A stretch of DNA of 64,000 nucleotides from Deltaproteobacteria bacterium (lineage in GTDB: Bacteria; Myxococcota_A; Polyangia; Polyangiales; Houyiibacteriaceae): the NCBI GenBank assembly GCA_034670305.1, contig JAXMNT010000014.1, positions 87,440 through 151,439 of the forward strand. Reading direction: 5' to 3'. Under the pieces are notes generated by a model, which made no database searches, was not told where the DNA came from, and saw only the letters and a list, made by a program, of their open reading frames with translations. A program made the position numbers and the translations under genes. Shown one piece after another: positions 46,255 through 56,027 of the stretch; position 1 is the stretch's first letter, and every line of letters begins with the position of its first letter.

Positions 46255-46613
46255 GCCGCTACGGGCCTGGCTCGCTTCGCGAGACTGGCGGCCCTAATTC
46301 GGCGTCCACTGTTTCTGAGGGGGAAGGGTTCCCCCTCCGGCCTGCGGCCTCCTCCCCACCTGGGCACATCGACGTGCTCGCCGCCCTTCACTTGGCGCAC
46401 TGAAGAAGCGATTGGAACATCTGGCGGCTGTGCGCGGTGAAGGCACTCCTGCCGCCTCTACGACTCACTTGGGGAGTGCACCAGTTGCTCGGCCTACGGC
46501 CTGCGCAGGTGCACGGGTGGAGCCGCCTGACTCGCGGGCGCTGAGCGAGGCCTGGCTCGCTTCGCGTTCCGCTTCCGTTTCCGCTTCCGCTTCCGCTTCC
46601 GCTTCCGCTTCCG
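46255..46613. repeat. Composite REP-like element followed by (TTCCGC)n
   Basis: Same modules as 48134-48480; hexamers 46566-46613. Confidence 0.88.
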
Positions 46614-46614
46614 C

Positions 46615-48123
46615 TCAGTCTGCGGGGACGGCGCGGTCGTGGCACCAGTTGCGGAGGGCTTGGAGCTTCTCGGCCATCGTGACGCTGAGGGGGCGGGTGG
46701 CGTGGATCTCGCCGAGCACAGACTCGGTGTCGATGTCGCGGTCTTCGGCGAACGCGCCGTAGAGCGCGGCGAGCACCGCCTGTTCGATCTCGGCGCCGCT
46801 GAACCCTTCGGCTGCTTCGCCGAGCGCCTTCACGTCGAAGTCCTCTGGGTCTCGGTTGCGGCGGCGCAGGTGCACTTCGAAGATGCGGGCGCGGGTCTCG
46901 GCGCTCGGCAAGTCCACGAAGAAGATCTCGTCGAAGCGTCCCTTGCGCATCAGCTCGGGCGGCAGGTGGGAGATGTCGTTGGCGGTCGCGATGACGAAGA
47001 CGCTCTCCTGCTTCTCTTGCAGCCACGCGAGGAAGGTGCCGAAGACCCGCTGGCTCGTGCCGCCGTCGTTGTCGCCCTGTCCGAGGCCCTTCTCGATCTC
47101 GTCGACCCAGAGCACACACGGCGCCATGTCTTCGGCCATCTTGATCGCGCGGCGCAGGTTGCGTTCGCTCTCTCCGAAGTACTTCTGGAAGAGGTTGCCG
47201 GGATCGAGGCGGATGAGGGGCAGCCGCCATTCGGCCGCGACCGCTTTGGCGCACAAGCTCTTGCCGCAGCCCTGCACCCCGAGCAGCAGCAGCCCCTTCG
47301 GTGGGGTGAGCCCGAAGTCGCGTGCGCGCTCCGGCTCGGAGAAGGCCATGCGTCGGCGGCGCAGCCACTCTTTCAGGTTCGCGAGCCCCGCGATGTCTTT
47401 CATGCGGTGGTCGTGCGGGAAGTACTCGAGCAAGCCGCTGCGTTCGATGATGCGGCGTTTGGTCGCCAGCACCGTCTCGAGATCCGCCCGGTCGAGCCGC
47501 CCGTCCTCGATGACGGCTTTGGTGATGATCTTCCGCACCTCGAAGAAGGTCAGGCCGTGCAAGGCAGACAGCAGCTCGGCCACATCCTCGCTCGAGAGAT
47601 CGACCTCGATCGGCCGCCGTTTGGCGACCTCGCGCAACAGATCGGAGACGAACCGGTGGTAGGTCTCGGGCGAAGGCGCTGGAAGACTGATGGCGGAGAA
47701 GAGCGGCTCGAGATCCGGTGGCAAGTCCACCGCGGGGGCCGCGAGCACGAGTTGTCCTCGGTGTTCGAAGTACAGCCGATAGATCGACTTCATGCGGGCG
47801 ATCGCACCGGGCGACTCGAGCGGCGGGAACCCGGGCAGGTAGAAGATGGCTTCGAGGTTGGCCCGCTCGATGAACGCCAGGCAGCCCTCCGGGTCCTGCG
47901 TGTTGGCGGGACGACCGGCGTCTGGGCCCCGCATCTCGAGGCCCCGGTTGGCGTCCCACACGAAGAGCGGCAACCCCACCCGGTCCGCGAGGTACCCGAG
48001 CACCGTTTGCACCCGGTCCTCTTCAACGGTCTCGATCAGCAGCAGGGGGTGGTTTGCGCGGACGAGCACTTCGAGCTCGGCCACGAGCTCAGGCGACGGG
48101 GGAACGGCAACCATCGGAGACAC
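46615..48123 (-). CDS. AAA+ ATPase (Ycf46-like)
   Basis: [40 protein letters not shown]. Confidence 0.92.
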   Translation of the reverse strand: MSPMVAVPPSPELVAELEVLVRANHPLLLIETVEEDRVQTVLGYLADRVGLPLFVWDANRGLEMRGPDAGRPANTQDPEGCLAFIERANLEAIFYLPGFPPLESPGAIARMKSIYRLYFEHRGQLVLAAPAVDLPPDLEPLFSAISLPAPSPETYHRFVSDLLREVAKRRPIEVDLSSEDVAELLSALHGLTFFEVRKIITKAVIEDGRLDRADLETVLATKRRIIERSGLLEYFPHDHRMKDIAGLANLKEWLRRRRMAFSEPERARDFGLTPPKGLLLLGVQGCGKSLCAKAVAAEWRLPLIRLDPGNLFQKYFGESERNLRRAIKMAEDMAPCVLWVDEIEKGLGQGDNDGGTSQRVFGTFLAWLQEKQESVFVIATANDISHLPPELMRKGRFDEIFFVDLPSAETRARIFEVHLRRRNRDPEDFDVKALGEAAEGFSGAEIEQAVLAALYGAFAEDRDIDTESVLGEIHATRPLSVTMAEKLQALRNWCHDRAVPAD

Positions 48124-48133
48124 TGTACTTCAG

Positions 48134-48480
48134 CCACTACGGGCCTGGCCCGCTTCGCGGGACTGGCGGCCCTAATTCGGCGTCCAGAGCACATCGACGT
48201 GCTCGCTGCCTGTTCATTGGGTGCACTGAAAAGGCACCTAGAACTCTTGGCAGCTGCGCGCGGTCGATGCACTCCTGCCGCCTCTACGACGCACTTGGGG
48301 AGTGCACCAGTTGCTCGGCCTGCGGCCTGCGCAGGTGCACGGGTGGAGCCGCCTGACTCGCTGGCGCTGAGCGTGGCCTGGCCCGCTTCGCGGGACGGGC
48401 GGCCCTAATTCGGCGTCCAGTGTTTCTGAGGGGGAAGGGTTCCCCCTCCGGCCTTCGGCCTCCTCCCCACCTGGGCACAC
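48134..48480. repeat. Composite REP-like element
   Basis: Rearranged modules of 46255-46565. Confidence 0.88.
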
Positions 48481-48545
48481 TGGTGGGCGCCGGGCCGCTT
48501 GACCGGACGGGCTGGGGGGCGAACACTCCGCGGCCCGGAGGAAAC

Positions 48546-48782
48546 ATGGCGAAGATTGAAGACCTGACGATGGACAAGCGGATCGTGGACCGGAACCTAG
48601 AGAAGGGTCTGGTGACGCGTGACGAACTCGACAAGCACATCGCTGGGTTGCCTGATCTGACCGACAAGTCCGAGTACATCTCCGTGGACACGCCCGAAGA
48701 GCTCGAGCCCGCGTCGCCCCCGGACGACGAGGACGCCCCGGCCGCAGCAGCACCCGTCGCCGACTCGCGCGAAGAGGAGTGA
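48546..48782 (+). CDS. Small hypothetical protein
   Basis: GGAGG SD; MAKIEDLTMDKRIVDRNLEKGLVTRDELDKHIAGLPDL, acidic tail. Confidence 0.8.
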   Translation: MAKIEDLTMDKRIVDRNLEKGLVTRDELDKHIAGLPDLTDKSEYISVDTPEELEPASPPDDEDAPAAAAPVADSREEE

Positions 48783-48786
48783 GCCC

Positions 48787-49119
48787 ATGGTGAAGGACCT
48801 GACCCCGGAAGAGCGGGCCGAAGCGGAACGCAAAGCGGACGCGGCGGAAGAGAACCACGCGCCTGCGCCAGGCATCGACTTCAACACCTTCGTCCTGTCG
48901 CTGAGCAGCACTGCGCTCGTCCAGATGGGCGCCGCGCCGAAAGAGCTCTTCGGCGGTGAAGAGCCGCCGCCCGCGAACTTCCCGATGGCCAAGCAGACGA
49001 TCGACCTGATCGCCATCCTCGAGAACAAAACGCGTGGCAACCTGACGGGCGAAGAAGAGCGGCTGCTCCAGCAGGTCCTCTACGACCTCCGGATGCGCTA
49101 CCTCAAAGCCGTCGGCTGA
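48787..49119 (+). CDS. DUF1844-like protein
   Basis: FNTFVLSLSSTALVQMG...AKQTIDLIAILENKTRGNLT.EE..LL..VLYDLRMRY. Confidence 0.88.
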   Translation: MVKDLTPEERAEAERKADAAEENHAPAPGIDFNTFVLSLSSTALVQMGAAPKELFGGEEPPPANFPMAKQTIDLIAILENKTRGNLTGEEERLLQQVLYDLRMRYLKAVG

Positions 49120-49216
49120 CCTCGTCGCGCCAGCCGTTCCCATGGGCTCGAGCGCCCGGGAACCGCTGAGACCAACCGCAAGGCCGAAACCCATCGGGAC
49201 GGGTACACTGCGCCCC

Positions 49217-51787
49217 ATGATGCGGACTCGAGCGATCGCGGTGATGTGGGCGGCCTGTGCGGTCGCCGGGTGTGGCGACGACGACGGCCTCGGTGATGCC
49301 GGTGGCGATGCGATGGCCGAAGACGCCGGCGTGGACTCTGGTCCCGCCGTGCCCGTCTCGACCGCGCACTGCACCTACGAGACGCCGCCCTCCAACGCGA
49401 ATGCGTCGGGCGCGGTCGAAGCCGGGTCGCTGGAAGCCGGCGCCGCCGAAGGCATCATCGACGTGCCCATGGGTGCCGCGCTCGGCGCCTACACCGCCCG
49501 GGTGGATTTCCTCGGCGACATCGATCCGCCCGACCGACGCTTCAACGAACTGAGCGGAAGTTTCGCGCCGAGCATCGGCATCGAGACCCGGCCGATGGCC
49601 AAAGCGGTCGCGCTGCGCGCCGGCGGCGAGACCATCGTTCTGCTCAAGACGGACCTCTCGCTCGCGGACGAAGCGCTCCTGCACGACATCGAGATGCGGC
49701 TCATGGAAGACCACGGGCACGACCTGTCCGGCAAGGTGCTCTTCGCGACCAGCCACTCGCACTCCGCGTGGGCGCAGTACACCGCGAACTCGGTGCTCTG
49801 GGTCGGGCTCGGCCGCATCCGAACCGAGATCGTCGAGGCCGTGGTGCGCGACCTCGCCGCGGTCGCCGCGGAGGCGATCGACAACCTGGAGCCGGCGCAG
49901 ATCGGCATCGGCCACGACCCGGACTTCGACCCCGACGACCAAGTCACGCGCGACCGGCGCTCCGAGAACGACGCACTCGCCGGAGGCCCCTCGAAGGACC
50001 GCGACCTGTTCGTCGTGCGGGTCGACACGATGGACGGCGCACCGATCGCCATCGTGCCGATCTTCGGCATTCACGGCACGGTGACCGGCGCCGACAACTT
50101 GCTCGCGTCGTCGGATGCGATCGGCGCGATCGAACTCGCGATCGAAGAGTCGTTCGATTCGCCGGTCGTGGTCATGCACATGCAGGGCGCCGGCGGCGAC
50201 GTCTCTCCCGCCGGCACCGGTGGCGTCCGCTGCGATGGCCAGCCCTGTTACCCGTTCGCCCGCGCCGAGATGGTCGGTCTGCTCGCCCGCGACATGGTGC
50301 TCACGACTTGGAGCGACGCGGGCGACGCCCTGACGGACACACTCGCGATGCAGATGGTCACCCGGCACATCGAACTCGGACCGAACTGGGAGAACTTCGA
50401 CAGCCGCGGCGGCACCCTTCGCTACGCGCCTTGGGATGGCACCACCGTCGCGGACGGCGATATCTTCTCGGGCGACACGCTGCTCAGCCCCATCGACGAG
50501 TTCAACGCACCGCACGGCGCGGCGCTCTGTGGCGAGGACAACAACGCCCTCTTCCCCCGCAGCCAGTTGCCCGGCACCGATCGGCGCGACAACCCGTACC
50601 GGTCGTGCGCGGACATCGAAGCCGCCGCGCCGATCCTCGGACGGCTGATGGTGTTGCCGTTCGAACCGATGCCGGCGTGTGCGACGACCCGGACCACGAT
50701 CAGTGCCCTGCGCATCGGCGACCACCTGATGATGACGGTGCCGGGCGAACCGGTGACGCTGTACGCCGACCGCCTGCGCGCAGGTTCGCCGGTCGACCCG
50801 GCCCACACGATCGTGGTCGGGTTCGCGCAGGACCACGTCGGCTACGTGATGACTGCGGAGGACTGGCTCCAGCGCGGGTACGAACCGAGCATCAACGTGT
50901 GGGGACCGCTCGAAGGAGAGCTCATCGGCGAGCGCACCCTCGACCTGGCGCCGCTCGCGATGGCCGCGGAGCGCGCGGACGGAACCGAAGGACACGCGAC
51001 GCGGTACGACCGGCTCCCGATCGACGACACCGACGTGCCCGAACCCGACGCGGCCCCGATGGCCGGCACGGTGGAAGACGTGCCGTGGGAACGGCAGTAC
51101 GTGCGCGGTGGCGTGCCGCTCGAGTCCGGACAACCGCGCGCGACCGTGCCACGGCTCGAGTCCGCGGTGTTCGCGTGGATCGGCGAGGATCCGCGCAGCG
51201 CGACGCCGGCGGTGTCGCTCGAGCGAGAGGTCTCCGAGGGGGTCTTCGAACCGGTGCGCCGGCGGTCGGGACGCCTCATGGCCGACCGGGATCTGCTCGT
51301 CACCCACACCCCCGACCCGCTCGTACGGACCGACCCGACCACCCCGCGCACGCACCGGTTCGCGGTGGAGTGGCAGGCGGTGGTCGCGGGCAGTGGACCG
51401 TCCGATCCGCTGGAGGATCGGGTGGGCGTGGCGCTCGGCCGCTACCGGTTCCGCGTACAGGGCGCCGGGTACGACTTGGAGAGCGCGCCGTTCGAAGTCG
51501 TGCCCGCGACCCTCATCGTCGACGCGCGGATCGAAGGCGGGCGCCTGGTCGGGTCTGCGTCTCTGCACGCACCCACAGGCTTCCGCCTCTTGCACGCGAC
51601 CCTTCTTTCGAACGAACCCATCCCCGCGAACGGCGAGGTGGTGCTCGCCATCGAAGGCGGCGCGGAGATCGAAGAGCGCACGGTCACACTCGACGCGGAC
51701 GGGAACTTCGACACCGAGGCGCCGGCGGTGGCCACGCGGGTGACGGTGACCGACCGCTTCGGCAACACGGGTGCGTTGACGCTCTGA
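49217..51787 (+). CDS. Neutral/alkaline ceramidase-like lipoprotein
   Basis: VAGC lipobox; [34 protein letters not shown]...GYE. Confidence 0.75.
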   Translation: MMRTRAIAVMWAACAVAGCGDDDGLGDAGGDAMAEDAGVDSGPAVPVSTAHCTYETPPSNANASGAVEAGSLEAGAAEGIIDVPMGAALGAYTARVDFLGDIDPPDRRFNELSGSFAPSIGIETRPMAKAVALRAGGETIVLLKTDLSLADEALLHDIEMRLMEDHGHDLSGKVLFATSHSHSAWAQYTANSVLWVGLGRIRTEIVEAVVRDLAAVAAEAIDNLEPAQIGIGHDPDFDPDDQVTRDRRSENDALAGGPSKDRDLFVVRVDTMDGAPIAIVPIFGIHGTVTGADNLLASSDAIGAIELAIEESFDSPVVVMHMQGAGGDVSPAGTGGVRCDGQPCYPFARAEMVGLLARDMVLTTWSDAGDALTDTLAMQMVTRHIELGPNWENFDSRGGTLRYAPWDGTTVADGDIFSGDTLLSPIDEFNAPHGAALCGEDNNALFPRSQLPGTDRRDNPYRSCADIEAAAPILGRLMVLPFEPMPACATTRTTISALRIGDHLMMTVPGEPVTLYADRLRAGSPVDPAHTIVVGFAQDHVGYVMTAEDWLQRGYEPSINVWGPLEGELIGERTLDLAPLAMAAERADGTEGHATRYDRLPIDDTDVPEPDAAPMAGTVEDVPWERQYVRGGVPLESGQPRATVPRLESAVFAWIGEDPRSATPAVSLEREVSEGVFEPVRRRSGRLMADRDLLVTHTPDPLVRTDPTTPRTHRFAVEWQAVVAGSGPSDPLEDRVGVALGRYRFRVQGAGYDLESAPFEVVPATLIVDARIEGGRLVGSASLHAPTGFRLLHATLLSNEPIPANGEVVLAIEGGAEIEERTVTLDADGNFDTEAPAVATRVTVTDRFGNTGALTL

Positions 51788-51794
51788 CGGCGAG

Positions 51795-51962
51795 GCGAAG
51801 CCGAAGCCGAACCCGAAGCCGAAGCCGAAGCCGAACCCGAAGCCGAACCCGAAGCCGACTCCGAAGCCGAAGCCGACTCCGAAGCCGAAGCCGAACCCGA
51901 AGCCGAAGCCGAAGCCGAAGCCGAACCCGACTCCGAAGCCGAACCCGACTCCGACCCCGAAG
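51795..51962. repeat. Hexamer microsatellite (GCCGAA/CCCGAA/TCCGAA)n
   Basis: Tandem hexamers between convergent genes. Confidence 0.92.
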
Positions 51963-51987
51963 CTGACCGCTCGAGGCCGGCTGCCTG

Positions 51988-52774
51988 CTACTCGAGGTCG
52001 GGGAGGAGGCCTTTCCAGCGGCCGCGCGCGTAGTCTTTGAATCGGATGCGGGTGTCGTGGCGGTGGTCGGTGACGAGGCCGTCTTGCACGCGGATCGTGC
52101 GGATCTTGTCACCGCGCATGCCGCTGCCGACGAGGGCGCGGCGGGTGGCGTCTTCGGCCTTCTTGCGGCGGGTGGCGCGGGTGTCGCGCAGCCGGGCGAG
52201 TAGGGTCGAGAACGCGAGTTCGCGGTTGCGTTCGCGCGAGCGACCGCTGTCGATGCGGACGGATGTGCCGGTGGGCACGTGCACGACGCGGACGCCGGTC
52301 TCCGTCTTGTTGCGGTGTTGGCCGCCTGGGCCGGAGCCGCGGAAGGCACTCCACTGAAGATCGTGGAGATCGATGGGCGGCGCGCTGGACGAAGAACGGC
52401 CGAGCACCGCGACCGTCACCGTGGAGGTGTGGACGCGGCCGCGTTTTTCGTTCGGTGGAACACGCTGCCAGCGGTGGCCGCCGGACTCGAGAAGGAAGAG
52501 GGATGCGACCGCGCCCTTGACCTCAAAGCTCGCGAAGCCTTCGCGCGAGCCGATGAGTTCTACGTCGTCAAAGACGTCCGGTGCTGTCCGGGCGCATCGC
52601 AGTGCTGGCTGGGCGCATCGCAGTGCTGGCTGGGCGCATCGCAGTGCCACCCTGCGTGCGACGGAAGGTCTGCACACGCTTGAGGTAGATCGACAACTGG
52701 AGTTCCACGAGGCGTCGTGCGTCTTCGCCGCCTTCCCCCGCGCGGAGCTCGATCAGAACTGAACTCTGTTCCAT
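51988..52774 (-). CDS. RF1-derived class I peptide release factor paralogue lacking domain 1; join(52774..52571,52569..51988) via +1 frameshift, 261 aa
   Basis: GAGGAG SD + ATG 52774; frame 0 [14 protein letters not shown] ends at CTT TGA C; +1 frame has [49 protein letters not shown]. Confidence 0.85.
52567..52573 (-). other. prfB-type +1 programmed frameshift site CTT TGA C (putative)
   Basis: Minus strand GGA CGT CTT TGA CGA CGT A; heptamer terminates the upstream frame and joins the two RF halves. Confidence 0.75.
52590..52647. repeat. 21-bp tandem repeat (~3 copies) inside the RF gene
   Basis: GGGCGCATCGCAGTGCTGGCT repeated; encodes TAMRPAS. Confidence 0.9.
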
Positions 52775-52943
52775 CTTGAGGCTCCTCGAACACGCGCCCG
52801 GTACGGACGCGAACGCGCATCCTAAACACGATGCGCCCGACTTCAAGTCCGAGTGCCCAGTCCACCGAGGCCGTTAAGGAGAACAAGGCGCACACATCGT
52901 CGATGTGCCGCCTTGTTCCGAACGAGTGTGTCGAGTCAGGGTT

Positions 52944-53582
52944 TCAGAGACTGCGTTTCTTGGCCCGAACCCCGCGACGGCTGCCCTTCGCGCGCTTCTT
53001 CTTGCCCTTCTTCTGCCAGGAAGTGCTCTGACCCCACTCGTCCTCCTGCACCGGCGCGCCCCCTTCGGGTGCCTCCTCGCCTTCCGTTCCCTTGTAGCGG
53101 CGCTCGTCTGCGTCGTACTCGGGTTCGATGGCTGGGGTGCCGTCCGGTTTCACCGGACCGACGCCGATGGGCGGTGGCCGACGGGGCGGCGGACGCCCGG
53201 GCGGCGGACCTCCTCCCGCACGCTCGGCACGTTCCCCTGCGCCGCTTCGTTTGAACTCGGCGATGGGGGACTGGCGAGGTTTGCTGGGACGCGGTCCATC
53301 GGATCGAGGAGGGGGTGGCCCTCCCGGTCCGCGGCGGCGGTCTTCAGCGGCGTTGATGTTCAGCCGGCGTCCATTGAGCTCTTGTCCATTGAACTGCTCG
53401 ATGCATGCCGTCGCTTGTTCCTTCGTCGCGAACGTGACGAACCCGAAGCCGCGAGGGCGTCCGGTTTCACGATCGGTTGGAAGAAAGCAATCGATGATCT
53501 CCCCTGCCGCCGACAAGAACCCGCTGAGTTCTTCTTTTGTCGTCCGGTAGTTGAGGTTGCCTACGAATACTTTGGCGGAAAT
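52944..53582 (-). CDS. RRM RNA-binding protein with Pro/Gly-rich and basic tail; probable ATT start
   Basis: KVFVGNL (RNP2), RGFGFVTF (RNP1), FNGQELNGRRLNINAA; AGGAG 7 nt before ATT. Confidence 0.9.
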   Translation of the reverse strand: MSAKVFVGNLNYRTTKEELSGFLSAAGEIIDCFLPTDRETGRPRGFGFVTFATKEQATACIEQFNGQELNGRRLNINAAEDRRRGPGGPPPPRSDGPRPSKPRQSPIAEFKRSGAGERAERAGGGPPPGRPPPRRPPPIGVGPVKPDGTPAIEPEYDADERRYKGTEGEEAPEGGAPVQEDEWGQSTSWQKKGKKKRAKGSRRGVRAKKRSL

Positions 53583-53774
53583 CGTCTCTCTCCTGCGCGC
53601 ACCGACGTGGACACCCTCACCATGAGGGGCGGTCCCTCGAATGAACGAGGCGACCTCGCTTCCGCTCCCAGCATGGGAACGTTGCGCGAATCGGTCCTGC
53701 ATAGAGTAGCAACGATCCAGCCAGAACCCCAGCCGACCCATTCCACCGAATCCGAACGCACCCGGTCGACGCGC

Positions 53775-55229
53775 TCACGCACCCACGGTCGCGCGCACAC
53801 TTGGCAACCGCATCTTCCAGAGGAAGCCGTCGAAGTAGAAGTGGACCATGGACTGGAACACCGTCCAGTAGCCGACCCACTCGTAGGTCGAGATCTGGCG
53901 CACGCGGGGCATCGACTCGTCGGCGAAGATCCATCGCCCGTAGTACTTCAGGTAGATGAAACCGCCCGCCAGCACGAGCGCGCTCCCCACGTAGGTGAGC
54001 AGCGGAAACCCAAGAAATCGTTGAATGATCGGCCGGTGCGCCAGTGGCTTGTCGTAGCGGCGGCGCTGGTACGCCCAGACGAAGACCATGTACTCGACGC
54101 CGTGGCTGAACGCGTACGCGAGGTACGCCTTGAGCGGATCGACGAGCACGAACGTGCTGGCGAGGAGCGTCGTGCCCACCGCCATGGTGAGTCGCGCGCG
54201 GTTGCGAAGTCCGCTCGCGCGGTGTTCGTAGAACACCCAAACCGCCACACTCACGACGACCAGCAGCGCCGTTGGCACGAGAAAAAGATTTGCGTACTCG
54301 GCGAAGAAATCGAACAGCGGCGCGAGCGTTCGACGCCCTCGGGAGAAGAGCCGGTCGATCTGTGCGCGGTAGGTCGTCGCGAGATAGAAGAAGTAGAAGG
54401 GCAGCCACGCGAAGATCAGGAGCCGGTCGACCCAGCCCGGGACCGGACGATCGGCGCGGCTCTTCGCCGCGTACATCCGGAAGATGCCGTACTTCTGCAT
54501 GTACACGTGCCAGATGTTCCAGGCGCCCGCGAACACCGCTGCGAAGTTCAACACGTGACGCATCGAGACCCCGTCCGACGGCGCGAGCACGAACACGGGC
54601 ACCAGCCCCGCGGCGATGGCGAGCAGTGGGAAGACGAGCACGCGGACCTTGCGGTGGGCGATGTACGCGAAGAGATCCAGGCCACACACGAAGAGCGTGA
54701 ACGCGATCCACAACCCGCCCGAAGGACCGAGCGTCTCCGGCGCGATGTACCACCCGATCGCCACACCGGCTGCGAACGAAGGCAGACCCACGAACACGAT
54801 CTCGTGCAGTGGGGTGCGGGTGTTCGGTCGGTCGCGCAGACACAGTTGCACGAGCCACACCACCGCGGCGCAGAGCGCCGCCACCCCGAATGGACTGAGC
54901 GTCACCATGCGTGCGAGCCACGGCGAGAAGACGAAGAGCGCGAACATGGCGACTGGGAACAAGACGAATCGCGTGGGGTGCCGCGCGAAGACTTGGCGGT
55001 CCATGTACACGTAGGGGAAGCCGTAGTGGCGGTGCACGTCCGTGACCGAGAGCACGACGATGTACGCGATGAGGTAGTCGTGCTGACGGCTCATGCCGAC
55101 GAACGCGATCGCGAGCAGGAGGGGCAACCAACTGAACGCATACGCGCAGACGTCTACCCAGGGGGCGACGTGCCAGTGACGCACGTTGTGATCCGGAGGT
55201 GGGACACCCAGCACCCCGCCGTCATGCAC
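53775..55229 (-). CDS. Polytopic membrane protein with His motifs
   Basis: Many TM segments; HRHY, WHVYMQKYG, HGVEY, HFYFDG; start uncertain. Confidence 0.8.
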   Translation of the reverse strand: MHDGGVLGVPPPDHNVRHWHVAPWVDVCAYAFSWLPLLLAIAFVGMSRQHDYLIAYIVVLSVTDVHRHYGFPYVYMDRQVFARHPTRFVLFPVAMFALFVFSPWLARMVTLSPFGVAALCAAVVWLVQLCLRDRPNTRTPLHEIVFVGLPSFAAGVAIGWYIAPETLGPSGGLWIAFTLFVCGLDLFAYIAHRKVRVLVFPLLAIAAGLVPVFVLAPSDGVSMRHVLNFAAVFAGAWNIWHVYMQKYGIFRMYAAKSRADRPVPGWVDRLLIFAWLPFYFFYLATTYRAQIDRLFSRGRRTLAPLFDFFAEYANLFLVPTALLVVVSVAVWVFYEHRASGLRNRARLTMAVGTTLLASTFVLVDPLKAYLAYAFSHGVEYMVFVWAYQRRRYDKPLAHRPIIQRFLGFPLLTYVGSALVLAGGFIYLKYYGRWIFADESMPRVRQISTYEWVGYWTVFQSMVHFYFDGFLWKMRLPSVRATVGA

Positions 55230-55590
55230 GGGCCGGAGGTGTTCAGCAAGGCTGCGTGCCGCGGAGGTGGTTCGGCGGGGTGTCTTCGAAGCCCGGCGAA
55301 GCCGGGCTCACGTAAACGTGCTCGTGCACGTACTCGTAGACGTGCACGCAATCGTGAGCGTCCTCGCTTCAGCACATCTTGGAGAGCATCGGGACCACCC
55401 GAACGAGGAACTCCTTGCCCTCGCGGGCAGAGGCTCGGTTCCGGCACTCATTGTCCCGCAGTCGAAGCCGTTCCAGAGCATCAACCGCAGCTCGGACGCG
55501 ATTAACAGAACTCACGTCTGATCCCCGATGGCGAGGACGAGGACGCACACGGGTACGTGTGCACGAAGGCCGGGCCTAAGCCCGGGCGGG

Positions 55591-55908
55591 TCAGGACGCG
55601 TGGCGGCGGGCTTCGCGCATCATCAGCACGAGCCCTTCCCGCACCACGTCCGGCGGGGCGTCTCCACCCCGGAACGGTTCGACCATCTTCTGCATCTCGC
55701 GGACCACCTGGCCAAGCTCGCCGAACCCGTGGGTCTCCGCGGAACCCGCCACCAGATCGGAGAGCTGCCAGACCCGCTCGACCGAATCGCTGCTCCCGGT
55801 GCGAATGAGATCGCGGAGCGCGCCGTCCAGGGGTCCGAGTTTCTCTTGCAGCCGGGCGGCGTAGCTCGCCCGCAGTTTCTGCACCGTCTCGTCGAGTCCG
55901 CGGCTCAC
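55591..55908 (-). CDS. Stand-alone Hpt-like helical protein (phospho-His absent)
   Basis: LRASYAARLQEKL...LSDLVAGSAETHGFGELG resembles the Hpt consensus; start uncertain. Confidence 0.55.
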   Translation of the reverse strand: MSRGLDETVQKLRASYAARLQEKLGPLDGALRDLIRTGSSDSVERVWQLSDLVAGSAETHGFGELGQVVREMQKMVEPFRGGDAPPDVVREGLVLMMREARRHAS

Positions 55909-56027
55909 CCGATCAAGGTCCCACCGGTCGACGTCCGTGGCAAGCACCAGCCGATCCCAGCCAGGCCGAGTCGACGGGGCGAGGGCAGCGGCGAGGGCAG
56001 CGACGTGTGCCCCGAAGACCCCGGTCG

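Noticed and set aside
51988-52774. Calling the gene prfB, prfA or prfH, or a plain pseudogene
   Set aside because: No SPF or SxY loop, no domain 1, no rtcB nearby; break coincides with CTT-TGA-C and both halves retain key motifs. Pseudogene is disfavoured but not excluded
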